DNA of 64,000 nt from NCBI GenBank assembly GCA_964419175.1, contig CAYQOQ010000004.1, forward strand, positions 115 to 64,114. Direction: 5' to 3'. The position numbers and the translations under genes are program-made. The notes beneath the pieces were generated by a model. That model made no database searches and had not been told where the DNA came from. It worked only from the letters and a program-made list of their open reading frames with translations. The stretch is from an uncultured Terracidiphilus sp. Its GTDB lineage: Bacteria; Acidobacteriota; Terriglobia; Terriglobales; Acidobacteriaceae. Below, in pieces: positions 1-10,800 of this stretch (position 1 is its first letter; every line of letters begins with the position of its first letter).

Positions 1-407
1 CCACCCATGGTTCCGGCCCACACATCGCCGGTGCGCTTGTCCAGGGCCAGCGAGAGCACGGCTCGATGCGCAAGTCCGTCCTTGGTCGTGTAGGTCTTCC
101 ACGAGTGATTTTCGTAAACTGCGAGGCCATTCTCCGTGCCCGCCCAAACGCGATCTCCGTCCACCAGCACAGCGAAAACGTGATTGTCTGGCAGACCGTT
201 GCTGGTCGTAAAGTTCTCAAAGCGGAACCGTGGCATGCTCGGCGCCGACGATGCGGCTTGTGCGTGAACAGGTCTTGTGGAAGCTGCCTCCGCACTCTTC
301 GCGGGTAGTGTTTGTGCGCATGTCGCCAGCGGATTGGCCAGCCCCCAGCAGGCCACAACAAACGGCATTGCAATCGCCCACATCGTCTTGTGCACGCTCT
401 TCATCAT
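1..407 (-). CDS. Exported two-component-regulator propeller (Reg_prop) repeat protein, 5' part only (runs off the window edge)
   Basis: Not in the ORF track; translated by hand. ATG at 407 overlaps the TGA of the upstream gene (ATGA). Reads MMKSVHKTMWAIAMPFVVACWGLA...RFENFTTSNGLPDNHVFAVLVDGDRVWAGTENGLAVY...YTTKDGLAHRAVLSLALDKRTGDVWAGTMG: a signal peptide followed by typical Reg_prop repeats. Confidence 0.85.
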   Translation of the reverse strand, partial: MMKSVHKTMWAIAMPFVVACWGLANPLATCAQTLPAKSAEAASTRPVHAQAASSAPSMPRFRFENFTTSNGLPDNHVFAVLVDGDRVWAGTENGLAVYENHSWKTYTTKDGLAHRAVLSLALDKRTGDVWAGTMG

Positions 408-2329
408 TGCGTCCTCAGATATTCGATCAAGTCGTTGAGTTCGTCTTTCGTCAGGTCGTTGGTGCGGCCGTGTTTATCTTCAGGGTTGTAGACGGTCCAT
501 ATCTCTTCGAGCGTGCGCGCCGAACCGTCGTGCAGATAGGGCGCGGTAAGCGCAATGTTGATCAGTTGCGGCGTGTCAAAAGGACCGGGATTATCGGTCG
601 GCTTCTTCGTGCCAACATCGAAAGACTTCTGGCTTGTACCCTTCGGGCCGCTATGGCAATAGGAGCAGCGGTTGACCTCGGAAATCGGCTTGCCGAACCT
701 ATCGACAGCGCGCTCAAACAGCGCCTTGCCGCGTTCCTGACTCGGCGTCAGCTCGTAGCCCCGCAAGCGCCAGCGATTGGGCCGTGAATGCAGACTTCGC
801 ATGTAGAGTGTCAGATCCGCGAGGGTGTAATCGCCATACTGCTCCGAGCGCCAGAAATACATTTCCGTGCGCGGTCCACATTCGGTGGGAATGTTTGGAT
901 TGCCGCCATTCCACTTGTAGGGCTCAGTACCTTTGATGTCCTCGATCAGCCGGTTGTCCACGATGTCGCGGCCAAATCCGTCTGGCTCGAGGTCCCACGT
1001 GAGCCCATCGAAAGTGGAATCGATGTGGCAGCTTGAGCAGCTGATCTGCCCCTGAAATGAATAACGCGCTGTATAGAAGGTCTGTTCTCCGCGGCGCATC
1101 GCGCTCACAACTTTTGGCCCATCGAGCGAAATGGTAGAAGCAACACGGTTCGTACGAGTGTCGATGACGCTGATCGTGTCTTCGAGGCGGTTGGCAACAA
1201 ACAATCTGCGGCCATCACGGCTAAGTGCCAGGCCACGCGGATTGTGCCCAACCGCAATGCGCGCCATGATGTAATTCGCGCCGGCTGAAAGGTCTTGCGC
1301 AAAAGACCCGGAAGCTGGGCGCGGGTGCGTATTCACAAAGCGAAGTAATCGCGGTACGTCGATGGCGAGCACGCATTCCGACCCGCCGACCGTAACGTAG
1401 AGTCGAGATTTGTCCGTTGAAATCGCCACACCGAAGGGTTGCGAGGCGTAGCGTTCCAGCTCGTCCAGCGGAACTTCGACAGGCTTGCCTACATCGGCGC
1501 CGAAAAGTGTGAGGGTATACGCAAATGCGCCGCCGTGCTCAAGATGAGCAAGCGGAACCAGATTCTTTGGGTGGTACTCTGCCACTGCACCCAGCCGTCC
1601 ATCGTCCGAGAGTGCAAGGTGGAAGACGCCGGCGATGGCAGGAAGAGGAATTCGCTCGACAACGATGGCCCGCTTCACATCGATCACAGTAATCTCGGAC
1701 TCTGGAGCCGTGCGATGCGGTGTCGCGTTGGGATAGACGTGTGTAGCGTAGATGCGGCTGCCGTCGGGCGAAAGCGTAAGGTAGCTGGAGCCACGCCCGG
1801 CAAGCAGGCGCTTCTTTTCAACACCGGTTCTGGCATCGAGTACAGCCACGTCGTTTGAGATGCGATTCGCAACAAAAAGCTGGTTGCCTTCGCGATCTTC
1901 GACAACCCCGGACGGCTCCGCGCCAACGTTCCATGTTGCAACCACGGCCAGCGTTCGCGTATCGATAACCGACAGAGTATCGTCCCAGGAGTTGGTCACA
2001 AAAAGTCGGTCGCCATTAGAGGAAAGCGCCATGCCGCGCGGTGTCCGCCCAACTGCGATCACCTTGACCGGTGCATAGTTGGCGCCGTCAAGGACGCGCA
2101 CTTCCTGGCTCTCCTGGCAGAGTACGTAGAGCCGCGAACCATCGGGCGAAACCAGAACTTCAAGCGGCGACACATACTCCAACGGGAGGGGCGAACCGGC
2201 ACGCTCATCTGCTCCGGCGATGCGGTTCAGCAACGGCAACAGCGCGATGGCCAGCAGAAGCATGGCCGCGACCGGCCCGCCTGTTCGGCACAAGATCATT
2301 GCGCACTGCTTTGCCGAGGCTCTCGTCAC
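404..2329 (-). CDS. YVTN/YncE beta-propeller fused to a di-heme cytochrome c (CCP/MauG-like) domain; HZS beta-gamma-like architecture
   Basis: N-terminal hydrophobic segment, repeated blades (VGRTPRGMALS, VGAEPSGVV, VGHNPRGLALS, LFVANRLEDTISVID), two CxxCH motifs (CSSCH, CSYCH) and the peroxidase-fold motif FDTPQLINIALTAPYLHDGSARTLEEI. Confidence 0.85.
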   Translation of the reverse strand: MTRASAKQCAMILCRTGGPVAAMLLLAIALLPLLNRIAGADERAGSPLPLEYVSPLEVLVSPDGSRLYVLCQESQEVRVLDGANYAPVKVIAVGRTPRGMALSSNGDRLFVTNSWDDTLSVIDTRTLAVVATWNVGAEPSGVVEDREGNQLFVANRISNDVAVLDARTGVEKKRLLAGRGSSYLTLSPDGSRIYATHVYPNATPHRTAPESEITVIDVKRAIVVERIPLPAIAGVFHLALSDDGRLGAVAEYHPKNLVPLAHLEHGGAFAYTLTLFGADVGKPVEVPLDELERYASQPFGVAISTDKSRLYVTVGGSECVLAIDVPRLLRFVNTHPRPASGSFAQDLSAGANYIMARIAVGHNPRGLALSRDGRRLFVANRLEDTISVIDTRTNRVASTISLDGPKVVSAMRRGEQTFYTARYSFQGQISCSSCHIDSTFDGLTWDLEPDGFGRDIVDNRLIEDIKGTEPYKWNGGNPNIPTECGPRTEMYFWRSEQYGDYTLADLTLYMRSLHSRPNRWRLRGYELTPSQERGKALFERAVDRFGKPISEVNRCSYCHSGPKGTSQKSFDVGTKKPTDNPGPFDTPQLINIALTAPYLHDGSARTLEEIWTVYNPEDKHGRTNDLTKDELNDLIEYLRTQ

Positions 2330-3984
2330 TTTGGCTCCTCAACGGTGAGAACGCGGTCCACGGCAAGCTTCTCCAGCGTTTGCTCGCGCCCACTTGGCCA
2401 GTGAACAACAACTTTGTCTACGGTGGCTGCCGATCCCAGTCCGAAGTGCAAACGGCTATCGTTCTGAGAAAGATAACCAGAACCCGCTACGCGCTCTGCT
2501 GTCTGCCGTTTGCCTGCGGAGAAAACCTCCACGCGCGCGCCAATGCCGTCGCGATTGCTCTTTGTACCCACCAGCTTGATTGCGATCCAGTGGCCGGCAT
2601 CCGTAGTGACATTTCGAAGCAGCGTGCCTTGGTCGCCGAGATTCACCAGATAAGCGTCGACCTTGCCATCATTGTCGTAATCGGCAAAGCAGGCGCCGCG
2701 GGCCACCGTGCGATTGCTCAACACCGGGCCAGCCTGGCGTGAAACGTCCTCAAATTTTCCGTTTCCAAGTCCGCGAAACAAAGTGTGTTCTTGCGGAATC
2801 AGGTGAATCAACCCGCCATGGAAAATCAGAATATCCGGTTGCCCATCGTTGTCGAAGTCGTAGACACCGGTTCCCCAGCTGACATATTGTGCGTTCGCTT
2901 GCGAAATGCCGTTGGAGGCGCCCACGTCTTCAAAGCTCTTCGTCCCCGTATTCCGTAGGAAACGGTTGTAGTGTCCATCGGTCACCCACAGGTCAAGCAG
3001 CCCGCGCCCTTCGAAGTCTGTAAAGACGGGCCCCATCGACGACGTTGCTTCGCCATTCTGGCCAAAGGCCGTTTCGGTGTCGTTCGCAATCTCCTCGAAG
3101 GTCCCGTCGTGCTTGTTGTGGAAGAGAAAGTTTTCGGTGCGGTCATTGGCAACGTAGATATCGTCCCAACCGTCGTTGTCGAAGTCCGCGGCAGTTACTC
3201 CCATGGTGCGGCCGACACTTGCGCCGATGCCTGACTTCTCTGTCACGTCTGTAAATGTCCCGTTGCAGTTATTGTGAAACAACATGTTGGTTTCACCCGC
3301 GTAGTCAAGCGGCCCAGGGTAGTTATCCGCGGCGTAGAAGGCGCGGTAGCTGGGGTCGAATTTGACGTAGCGGCCCACAAACAGATCGAGACAACCGTCC
3401 TTGTCGTAATCGAGCCAGGTGGAACTGATCGCCCAGCCGTTCACCTTGATCCCAGCCTTTGCGGTCACATCGGTAAAATGGCCGTTGCCGTCGTTGTGAT
3501 AGAGAACGACCTTGCCGTATCCAGTAACCAGAAGGTCTTCAAAACCGTCGTTGTCGTAATCTCCCGCAGTGACGGCGACCGAGTACATGTCCGGATCAAG
3601 CCCGGACTGCTCGGTTACGTCAGTAAAATGTCCGTTCCCATCGTTGCGATAGAGATGGTTGTGGGGCAGTGAACTCGGCTTGTCCTTGAGGGGAAATGGA
3701 TGCATGGAATCGTCGAGCGGACGGCCGTTGACCACGTAAAGCGACTGCAGGCCTGAATTGTTGTAGTCCAACCAGACGCAGCCCGCGCCAGTTCCCTCGA
3801 GCAATGAGCCGAGTTGCCGTGAACCAAAGCTGTGAGTAAAGTGGATTCCCGCTTTGTTGGAAGCGTCTTCAAAGCGAATGACGGGCTGGTGCGGCGCCTG
3901 CGGTGCGGCTGCGGGTGCTTGTGCCACAGGACCTGTTCGCACCACGAAGAGCGTGCAAAGAATCAATAGAAAGACGCGCTTCAT
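2326..3984 (-). CDS. CRTAC1-family protein (FG-GAP repeats + ASPIC/UnbV domain)
   Basis: Signal peptide; repeats such as DYDNDGFEDLLV, DFDNDGWDDIYVAND and DYDNDGKVD; C-terminal SNRDGIGARV...GSGYLSQNDSRLHFGLG...VHWPSG. Confidence 0.9.
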   Translation of the reverse strand: MKRVFLLILCTLFVVRTGPVAQAPAAAPQAPHQPVIRFEDASNKAGIHFTHSFGSRQLGSLLEGTGAGCVWLDYNNSGLQSLYVVNGRPLDDSMHPFPLKDKPSSLPHNHLYRNDGNGHFTDVTEQSGLDPDMYSVAVTAGDYDNDGFEDLLVTGYGKVVLYHNDGNGHFTDVTAKAGIKVNGWAISSTWLDYDKDGCLDLFVGRYVKFDPSYRAFYAADNYPGPLDYAGETNMLFHNNCNGTFTDVTEKSGIGASVGRTMGVTAADFDNDGWDDIYVANDRTENFLFHNKHDGTFEEIANDTETAFGQNGEATSSMGPVFTDFEGRGLLDLWVTDGHYNRFLRNTGTKSFEDVGASNGISQANAQYVSWGTGVYDFDNDGQPDILIFHGGLIHLIPQEHTLFRGLGNGKFEDVSRQAGPVLSNRTVARGACFADYDNDGKVDAYLVNLGDQGTLLRNVTTDAGHWIAIKLVGTKSNRDGIGARVEVFSAGKRQTAERVAGSGYLSQNDSRLHFGLGSAATVDKVVVHWPSGREQTLEKLAVDRVLTVEEPK

Positions 3985-3985
3985 A

Positions 3986-5413
3986 TCACTTGCCTCCCGG
4001 CGCTGTGGTTTGCGATTGGGTAACGGCCTTCATGCCGGTCAGATCTACTGGGACGGTTGTCCGCAGCAGAACGGCCGGCACGCGGTTCTCTGACGCACGC
4101 TCGGGCCCCGTGTGGCAGCCGGTGCAGATGCGCTGTTCACCGCTGCGAATCCAGAACCATCCGTGCTCCTGGCGTACGACCGCGCCGCTTGCGTTGAGCA
4201 ATGCGAAGCGAATGGGCTTGTCCGCGGGAGTCTGCACAAAGAAAGAGCCATCGGCTTCCACCGGCGCAGTACCGTTTGCAACCACGTGGCCTTGCGAATC
4301 CAACGTCTCCAGCCGGATGGATGTGGGCGTTATCTTCAAATCGCCCTCGCGCGACAGGCGCGAATCGAGGGCAAGCAAGTTGGCGTAATTCCATGGATGC
4401 AGAGCGGAGGGATGATGATGCGGCCTCGTGCGCGGCGCAATCAGAACCGGCTCGACCAGATTCTCCCCGCTAATAGCAAGCACTGTTTGCTTCGAGATGG
4501 TAGCGGATTTCGCCGAACCCGGCTTCAGCAGCTCGATCGCATAGTGCGCACTGGGCAGCGTCCGCGCGCTTACCAGCCAATCTCCCAAAGCCGTCTCTGC
4601 AACTGCACCGGCGTATTCGGCTTGCGGCGCAACCACCGGGACTTCATGCGCGATGGGCGACGTAAAACGCGCAAGTGAACCTCCATGCGTAAAAACAACG
4701 TCGCCTGAGGCCAACTGCTTTCCGCCCCACCGCGCGCGCCCATGATCGCAACGGTACGATTCAACGCCTGAGCCATCGGTATAGACCAGGTAAAGCTCCG
4801 GTGTTGATCCCGCGCCAAGTGGGTAGTTGGCCTCAAACAAGATGCGGCCATCCTGCAGCACATCCAGGGGAATCGCACTCGAAGGAAAGTAGGAAATCGG
4901 AAGCAGCGTCGAACCTGCATTCGCCCAAATGCGGTCGAGAGCTGAAGCGTCTCTTTTGCCGGCAACTACGAGTTGAAAACCCGGGGCGTTTCGCAAAGCA
5001 TAAACAAACTGCCCGGCCGGCAAATAGTGAGGGCGAATGGCATCCGTCGGGCTGGCGATAAGCCTGCGCACGGAACCATCGGCAAGCGTTAGTTCCCAGA
5101 TTTGCCACGGATCGCCGGCGGCGCGCTTGCCTGCAAACAGCAGCGCCTTTCCATCAAACGAGACATCTGCGTCCGCGGTAGCGGCAAAGCCCTTGATCAA
5201 TGGCGCGGCTTTGCCCTCGTGAAGAAGTAACAGTTGCGCCCCGTCCGGGAAGCGTTCTTCTCCGCGCAAGGCAGCAAGCGGATGATAGATGGGCGCGGCG
5301 GTAACAACAACATCTACCTCGGGCGCATGCACGGCGCCAGGAGCGGACCCACATTTTGAAACCAGCATCGCAATCGCCGCGACCACAGATAGAGCCCGGA
5401 GCAACAACTTCAT
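3986..5413 (-). CDS. Hydrazine synthase alpha-subunit-like protein (TolB-like propeller + HZS-alpha middle domain, one c-type heme)
   Basis: Signal peptide; propeller segments ([30 protein letters not shown]); C-terminal [30 protein letters not shown]...[16 protein letters not shown], matching my recollection of the HZS-alpha middle-domain signature. Confidence 0.75.
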   Translation of the reverse strand: MKLLLRALSVVAAIAMLVSKCGSAPGAVHAPEVDVVVTAAPIYHPLAALRGEERFPDGAQLLLLHEGKAAPLIKGFAATADADVSFDGKALLFAGKRAAGDPWQIWELTLADGSVRRLIASPTDAIRPHYLPAGQFVYALRNAPGFQLVVAGKRDASALDRIWANAGSTLLPISYFPSSAIPLDVLQDGRILFEANYPLGAGSTPELYLVYTDGSGVESYRCDHGRARWGGKQLASGDVVFTHGGSLARFTSPIAHEVPVVAPQAEYAGAVAETALGDWLVSARTLPSAHYAIELLKPGSAKSATISKQTVLAISGENLVEPVLIAPRTRPHHHPSALHPWNYANLLALDSRLSREGDLKITPTSIRLETLDSQGHVVANGTAPVEADGSFFVQTPADKPIRFALLNASGAVVRQEHGWFWIRSGEQRICTGCHTGPERASENRVPAVLLRTTVPVDLTGMKAVTQSQTTAPGGK

Positions 5414-6360
5414 CCCACGGCCTCCAGGGGACAGCTTCCGGCATGGCCGTGCTCATCAGAGGTCTCTTCGCGCGCCGTGATACCGCGCAGCCTTATCCAT
5501 GGCTCAAGCGCAGCCATCATGGCTTCGAATTCCGCGAAATCCAGTGACTGGTCGCCGTCGCTCAAGGCTTTGTCGGGATTGGGATGCACCTCAACCAGCA
5601 AGCCATCCGACCCGGCGGCGATACCGATGCGCGCCAGCGCGGGAACCAGGTCGCGATGTCCGCATGCGTGGCTGGGATCGGCGATTACAGGAAGATGCGT
5701 AATCTGTTTCAGCAGCGCAATCCCGGCGGCATCGAAGGTATTGCGCAACGCTGTTTCAAAGGTGCGGATGCCGCGCTCGCACAGGATCACGTTGGGGTTG
5801 CCGTAGTCCAGAATCACCTGGGCTGAGCGCAGCAGATCGGCGATCGTTGCCACCATGCCGCGCTTCAGCAGAATGGGCCGTCCCGATCGCGCCACCGCCT
5901 CCAACAGCGAGACGTTCTCCATGCTGCGCGAGCCAACCTGCAGGATGTCGGCAAACTCGGCGACCACGGGAACGTCGCTCTCCGACATCACCTCGGTAAC
6001 GATGGCCAGCCCGGTTTCTTTGCGTGCGGCAACGAGCAGTTTGAGACCTTCAAGGCCCAACCCCTGGAAAGCATACGGTGAACTGCGAGGCTTGAAGGCG
6101 CCGCCGCGCAGCACGCGCGCCCCGGCACGCCGCACATGATGGGCAGTGGCCATCAGCTGTGGCTCGGATTCAACCGAGCATGGCCCTGCCATGGTGATGA
6201 ATTCGTCGCCCCCGATGGCGAAATCAAGCACTGGAACCACCGTCCGGCGGAGCCGTGCGCCGATCAGAACATCAGGGGTCTCGGCAAATCGTTCCTGCCA
6301 ACTTACACGCACCCGGTGCGCTCCATTCTGGGGAAGCGTCAGTGTAGCGCCTTCGCACAT
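5410..6360 (-). CDS. aroF: 3-deoxy-7-phosphoheptulonate (DAHP) synthase, class I-beta
   Basis: [46 protein letters not shown] and DPSH motifs. KPRS rather than KANRS argues for DAHP, not KDO8P, synthase. Confidence 0.9.
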   Translation of the reverse strand: MCEGATLTLPQNGAHRVRVSWQERFAETPDVLIGARLRRTVVPVLDFAIGGDEFITMAGPCSVESEPQLMATAHHVRRAGARVLRGGAFKPRSSPYAFQGLGLEGLKLLVAARKETGLAIVTEVMSESDVPVVAEFADILQVGSRSMENVSLLEAVARSGRPILLKRGMVATIADLLRSAQVILDYGNPNVILCERGIRTFETALRNTFDAAGIALLKQITHLPVIADPSHACGHRDLVPALARIGIAAGSDGLLVEVHPNPDKALSDGDQSLDFAEFEAMMAALEPWIRLRGITAREETSDEHGHAGSCPLEAVG

Positions 6361-6468
6361 CGGGACACATCAACCGAAAGGTGGAGATGTACAGGGACGC
6401 CGTGGGTGCTTTCCGCCCGTTTCCTATCGCTTAGCGAGGAATCCTGAAGAGCTACTCTCTGCAGCAAA

Positions 6469-7878
6469 TCAGCCTTGCGCCATTGGAGGTGGCCGAAAAC
6501 CAAAGGCCGCGTCCACGACGGCGGCGACAGCCAGCGCCATCTCGTCTTCGAAAGGCCGCGCGACAACCTGTACGCCGATCGGTAACCCCTCCGGCGAGCT
6601 TCCTACAGGGACCACCGCCGCCGGAGCGGCCAGCGCGTTGAACCATTGCGTGTACCGCACTGCATCCAGGTAGTTGACATGCTGGCCTTCGACAGTCCAA
6701 ACGCGCTCATCGTGACGAAAAGCGGGAATGCTGGCGACCGGACAAAGCAACACAGGGTATTCCCTCATTTCCTTCAACACCCTGGCGCGCAGCAGCTCCA
6801 AACCGGCCCAGGCGTTGAGCAACTCCGTAGCAGTGAGGGGGCTAACTTCTTCGCCAAAGGAGAGAAACTCTTTGAAGATCGGGCTGAGTTGATCGCGCTT
6901 TCCGCGAATCTCCGGCTCATAAAACATCGCTCCACATTGCACAAAAAAGGTCCACCACAGTTTGCGCAGTTGCTCCAGTTCGCTGGGACGGAAAGGTTCC
7001 ACGCGAAAACCCGCATCGCGTAGCGCCTGCGCCGCCGCCCGCACCGCGCTCCTCGTCTCTTCGGTAACCGGACACAGGCCGTCATCCTCAAAAAAGCCGA
7101 TCGTGTGCGCCCGCAATTCGTCGAGCGAAGGTTTGGTGAGCGCCAACGGAGGACTGACGGGATCGCCCGGATCCTGACCGGCGAGCGCGCCAAACAGCAG
7201 TTCAACATCGGCCATCGTGCGCGCCATCGGCCCTATGGCGCCCAAAATCGAGAAAGGGCCGACGCAAGGCGGAAGATGGCCGCGGCCCGGAATGCGGCCC
7301 GGTGTAGGTTTGAGCGAGCAGATCCCCGTGAAGTGCGCCGGAACCCGCACCGAGCCGCCGCTGTCGCTGCCCAACCCGGCCGATGAAAGCCCTGCCGCAA
7401 TGGCTGCTGATTCGCCCCCGCTCGATCCGCCTGGCGAACGACTCAGATCCCACGGATTGCGCACGCGCCCGTGGAGCAGATTCGCGGTCTCATATGCCAT
7501 CAGGAACTCTGGGCAGTTGGTCGTGCCCAGAATCAACGCTCCCGCCGCGCGAAGCCGCCCTACCACGACTGCATCTTCAGTCGGAATCTCGTCCTTGTGG
7601 AGCAGGCTGCCGATTTCGCAGCGGTACCCCGCTGTAGAAATCGAAGACTTGATCGTCATCGGCAGGCCGTGCAACAGTCCGTGTGGCTCCTTCGCTGCAT
7701 CTAGCCGCCGAGCGTGTGTGCGCACCCGCTCCGCGTTGAAGTCGGCGAACACGTTCAGTTCCGGGTTCAGCCGCTCGATCTGCTGGATATGGGCCTCTGC
7801 CAGTTCAGATACTGAAACCTGACCCGTGCGTAAGAGCTCTAACTGCTTCACTGCTGGCGCAAGCACAATCTCATTCAT
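6469..7878 (-). CDS. Amidase-signature family amidase
   Basis: GGSSGGE...GLGSDSGGSVRVPA signature and an upstream catalytic Lys (TIKSS). Start moved to ATG 7878, which overlaps the stop of the preceding gene. Confidence 0.9.
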   Translation of the reverse strand: MNEIVLAPAVKQLELLRTGQVSVSELAEAHIQQIERLNPELNVFADFNAERVRTHARRLDAAKEPHGLLHGLPMTIKSSISTAGYRCEIGSLLHKDEIPTEDAVVVGRLRAAGALILGTTNCPEFLMAYETANLLHGRVRNPWDLSRSPGGSSGGESAAIAAGLSSAGLGSDSGGSVRVPAHFTGICSLKPTPGRIPGRGHLPPCVGPFSILGAIGPMARTMADVELLFGALAGQDPGDPVSPPLALTKPSLDELRAHTIGFFEDDGLCPVTEETRSAVRAAAQALRDAGFRVEPFRPSELEQLRKLWWTFFVQCGAMFYEPEIRGKRDQLSPIFKEFLSFGEEVSPLTATELLNAWAGLELLRARVLKEMREYPVLLCPVASIPAFRHDERVWTVEGQHVNYLDAVRYTQWFNALAAPAAVVPVGSSPEGLPIGVQVVARPFEDEMALAVAAVVDAAFGFRPPPMAQG

Positions 7879-10800
7879 GGTTGTTGTCCTGGCATTGATC
7901 GAGGCGATTGATCCTCCAATGGAGTGGATGGAAGAAGCTGATAGTTGAATCGATAGGACCGCACAGGTTCCCCTGAATCGAACCGGTCGTTCCAATTCAG
8001 TTGGTAATCGAGTGCATCCGCATCGCTCGGATATTTCTCGCTCGCCGTATACGGATAAGACTTCATTCCATGAAACGGCAACTGGGCAACCGTGAACGGC
8101 AGCGCATCCCACCAATCCATGTCTTTCACAAACCCGTTGGCATAGAAAAAGTAATCGCGCTTCCAGTGGGTCGGCAAGGCGGGCAACTTGCCCGTGTCGA
8201 ACTCCGCTCGAATCTCCTCGCCACTGCCGAGGATCACAAATCGGTCATCGACACTGTTGAGCAACGGAGTCACGTCTCCCATATGCGTGTAGTTTCCGCG
8301 CTCCCGTTGGAACGGACCGGTCAGGCTTACCCGGCTGTAGTCATAGTCCAGATCGCCCGGGCTCGCGCCCTCAATCTGCTTCGGATACCCACGGAACTGC
8401 AGCGTCGCTGACGCCAGCGGAAGTTCACTTGTGAGCGCAGAAGCATCCTCGCTCTGGTCGATCAGCACCTGGTCCCAATAGACCTGCAGGTTCGTCATCA
8501 GCCGGATGCGTCTCGTGCCCGCGGGCATCTTTCCCGTAAGGTCAACAACGATCGTTCTCTCGAGGCCCGCCGGAAAACCAGCTTCACCAGGAATGCGTTG
8601 CCACGTGCCATCGCTCAACTCGGCTTCAACGTAGGGCGAAATCGGCTTGATGCCCGCCTGCCATGCGGCATAAAGCGAGGTCGCGCTGAAGTAGTTCACA
8701 TAGCCGGCCATCAGCAACCGCAGCGGAGCCTTTGGCTTTACGGCGCCCAGGTCCAGTGTGAGCGCGTGCAGGTTGGCGAAGCCGTCGTAGGGCACCACCG
8801 TGAATCCACTGGCAAAGATGTGATCGTGGCGGCTCAACTGGTCCAGAACATCGCGTCCCTCGCCGTCCCACGCGCCCAATGGCAATGTTGAATGCGCACT
8901 GGCCACCACGCGGCCCGAGGCAAATGGCGGATCGTCGAGGAAGCGTTCATCCGGATTCACTTCCACATCATCCGGATGATCAACCGCAAGCAGGCGCAGT
9001 TGGTCGATATAGTTCACCTCTTCCATTGGCTCCATAAAGCGCAGGCTCAGTTTGCCGTTGATCAGCGCGAAATCTTCGCCGTCCACCTTGATCCACTCTC
9101 CAGGATTCGGTATGTTGCGCCGCGTGGGCGTAAACCAGTGCCCCACAACTGCAGCGCCGATCACGTCCGTAACAAATTTATAGCGATGCCCATCCCACGC
9201 AAACAGCACCGGGCACGAACTGCCGCGCCGGTCCGCCTCCTTCATCGCGATTACCGGTTCATGCGGCAAGTCGATCTCGTCCTGCAACACTCCCGTTGGC
9301 CACAGAATGCGCAGCAAATCTATCCCCTTGGCATCGCCCAGGCCAGCCAGGATTTGTGGAGCAGCTTGAGTTCCATAACCGGACGCGCCCGCAAGTTCCC
9401 ACTTCTGCCACAGTCCGTTCGCAAATATCTCCACCTTCACGCCCAGCGCGGTCTTGTTGTCGGCCAGTCCAGTAAGGTCGAGACGCACAAAATGATTTTT
9501 GTTCGCTCCAACATTCCGCAGCAACACCGGCGCCGCATTCTCTTCGGTAACGATCAGGTCAGGCGCGCCGTCTCCATCCAAATCGGCAGCCATCAGTCCC
9601 CGCGGGGAATGCAGCGCAATCTTGTCCAGTCCAAGTCGCGAACTCACGTCCTCAAAGCTGCCGTCGCCACGATTGCGGAAGACGCGCACGCGCGCTCCCG
9701 CTTTTGTCTCCACAATCGCCGCCAGATCGACCCAGCCATCATTGTCAATGTCGATCGGTGTCAAGCCCCAACCGCGTACTGCGTCCTTCAGCGGTAGCTT
9801 GACGCGCACGAAGCGCCTGCCTGCGTGATCCGGAGCCTCCACGTTGCGCCACAACGTAAGTCCTGGTGCGCCCGCATGGGTCACGGCAATGTCCATCCAG
9901 CCGTCTTTGTTGTAGTCCAGCACCGCGATCCCCGTAGTGGGCGGCAACTTGACGCCTTCATAAAGCGGCTGCACAGGATACTTCCCCTCGCGCGGATTCA
10001 CATAGATCAGGGGCGCCGCTCCTTCGCCGGTCACTGCCAAATCCACGGCGCGATCATTATTGAAGTCGGTGAGAATTGCCGCGGCCGTGTTGCCGCTTCC
10101 ACCCAATCCCGTCGCCTCTGTCTGCTCCGTAAATGTTCCGTTGCCGTTATTCCGCCAGAGCACATTGGGCGCATCGCCCGGCTTGAGTGGCAGACCGGTC
10201 AGCAGCAAATCAAGATCGCCATCGTGGTCATAGTCCACAAACGTAATGCCCGTCGGCCGATTGCGCGCAGCGAGACCACTATCCGCTGTCACGTTCTTGA
10301 ACTGGCCGTGCCCGAGGTTGCGAAACAAAAGCACCGCACCATCGAGCGCCACGGCCAGGTCATTCAATCCATCGCCATCGTAGTCGCCTACCGCACAGGT
10401 CACAGCGCGTCCGCCAGCTTTCAATCCAGCCGCTGCCGCGTCAACCTCTTCAAACTGCCCATCGCTGCGAAGATGCAGAATCCGAATTGCCTGCGCGCCC
10501 GACTGCATCAGTATCAGGTCCATGCTCCCTGAGCCCGTCACATCCATCATGCAGGCCCCACCGGTCGTTGTGAATGCAGGTACTCCGGAGGCCGCACTTG
10601 TAGCTCGAGGAATCATTGGCACTGCCATGAGCCGCACGGGGATCATGGCAGGCTGAATCCTTTCCGGCTCTGCAACCGCTGTCACTAGAGAGTAGCGTCC
10701 CTGCTCTCCATAGGTCAGGCCGAGCGCCGATGAAACCTTGGTGCTGGTCAAATGCTGAAAGCGCGTAAAGTGCGCTCTCGCCTCCGCGGTGTGACCGGTG

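Noticed and set aside
404-5413. Claim that the organism performs anammox
   Set aside because: The alpha-like protein lacks the second heme domain, no hydrazine dehydrogenase or other anammox context is present, and the gene content is not anammox-planctomycete-like. Only architectural similarity is supported.
5410-6360. KDO8P synthase (kdsA)
   Set aside because: The KPRS motif rather than KANRS indicates DAHP synthase.
6469-7878. Amidase as GatA
   Set aside because: No gatB or gatC neighbours; only the generic amidase signature is seen.
7879-8115. Long N-terminal extensions in the ORF track (amidase to 8115; also 14111, 24317, 38613, 51251, 55434, 58366)
   Set aside because: They overlap neighbouring genes or promoters; downstream starts with RBS, coupling or signal peptides fit better.
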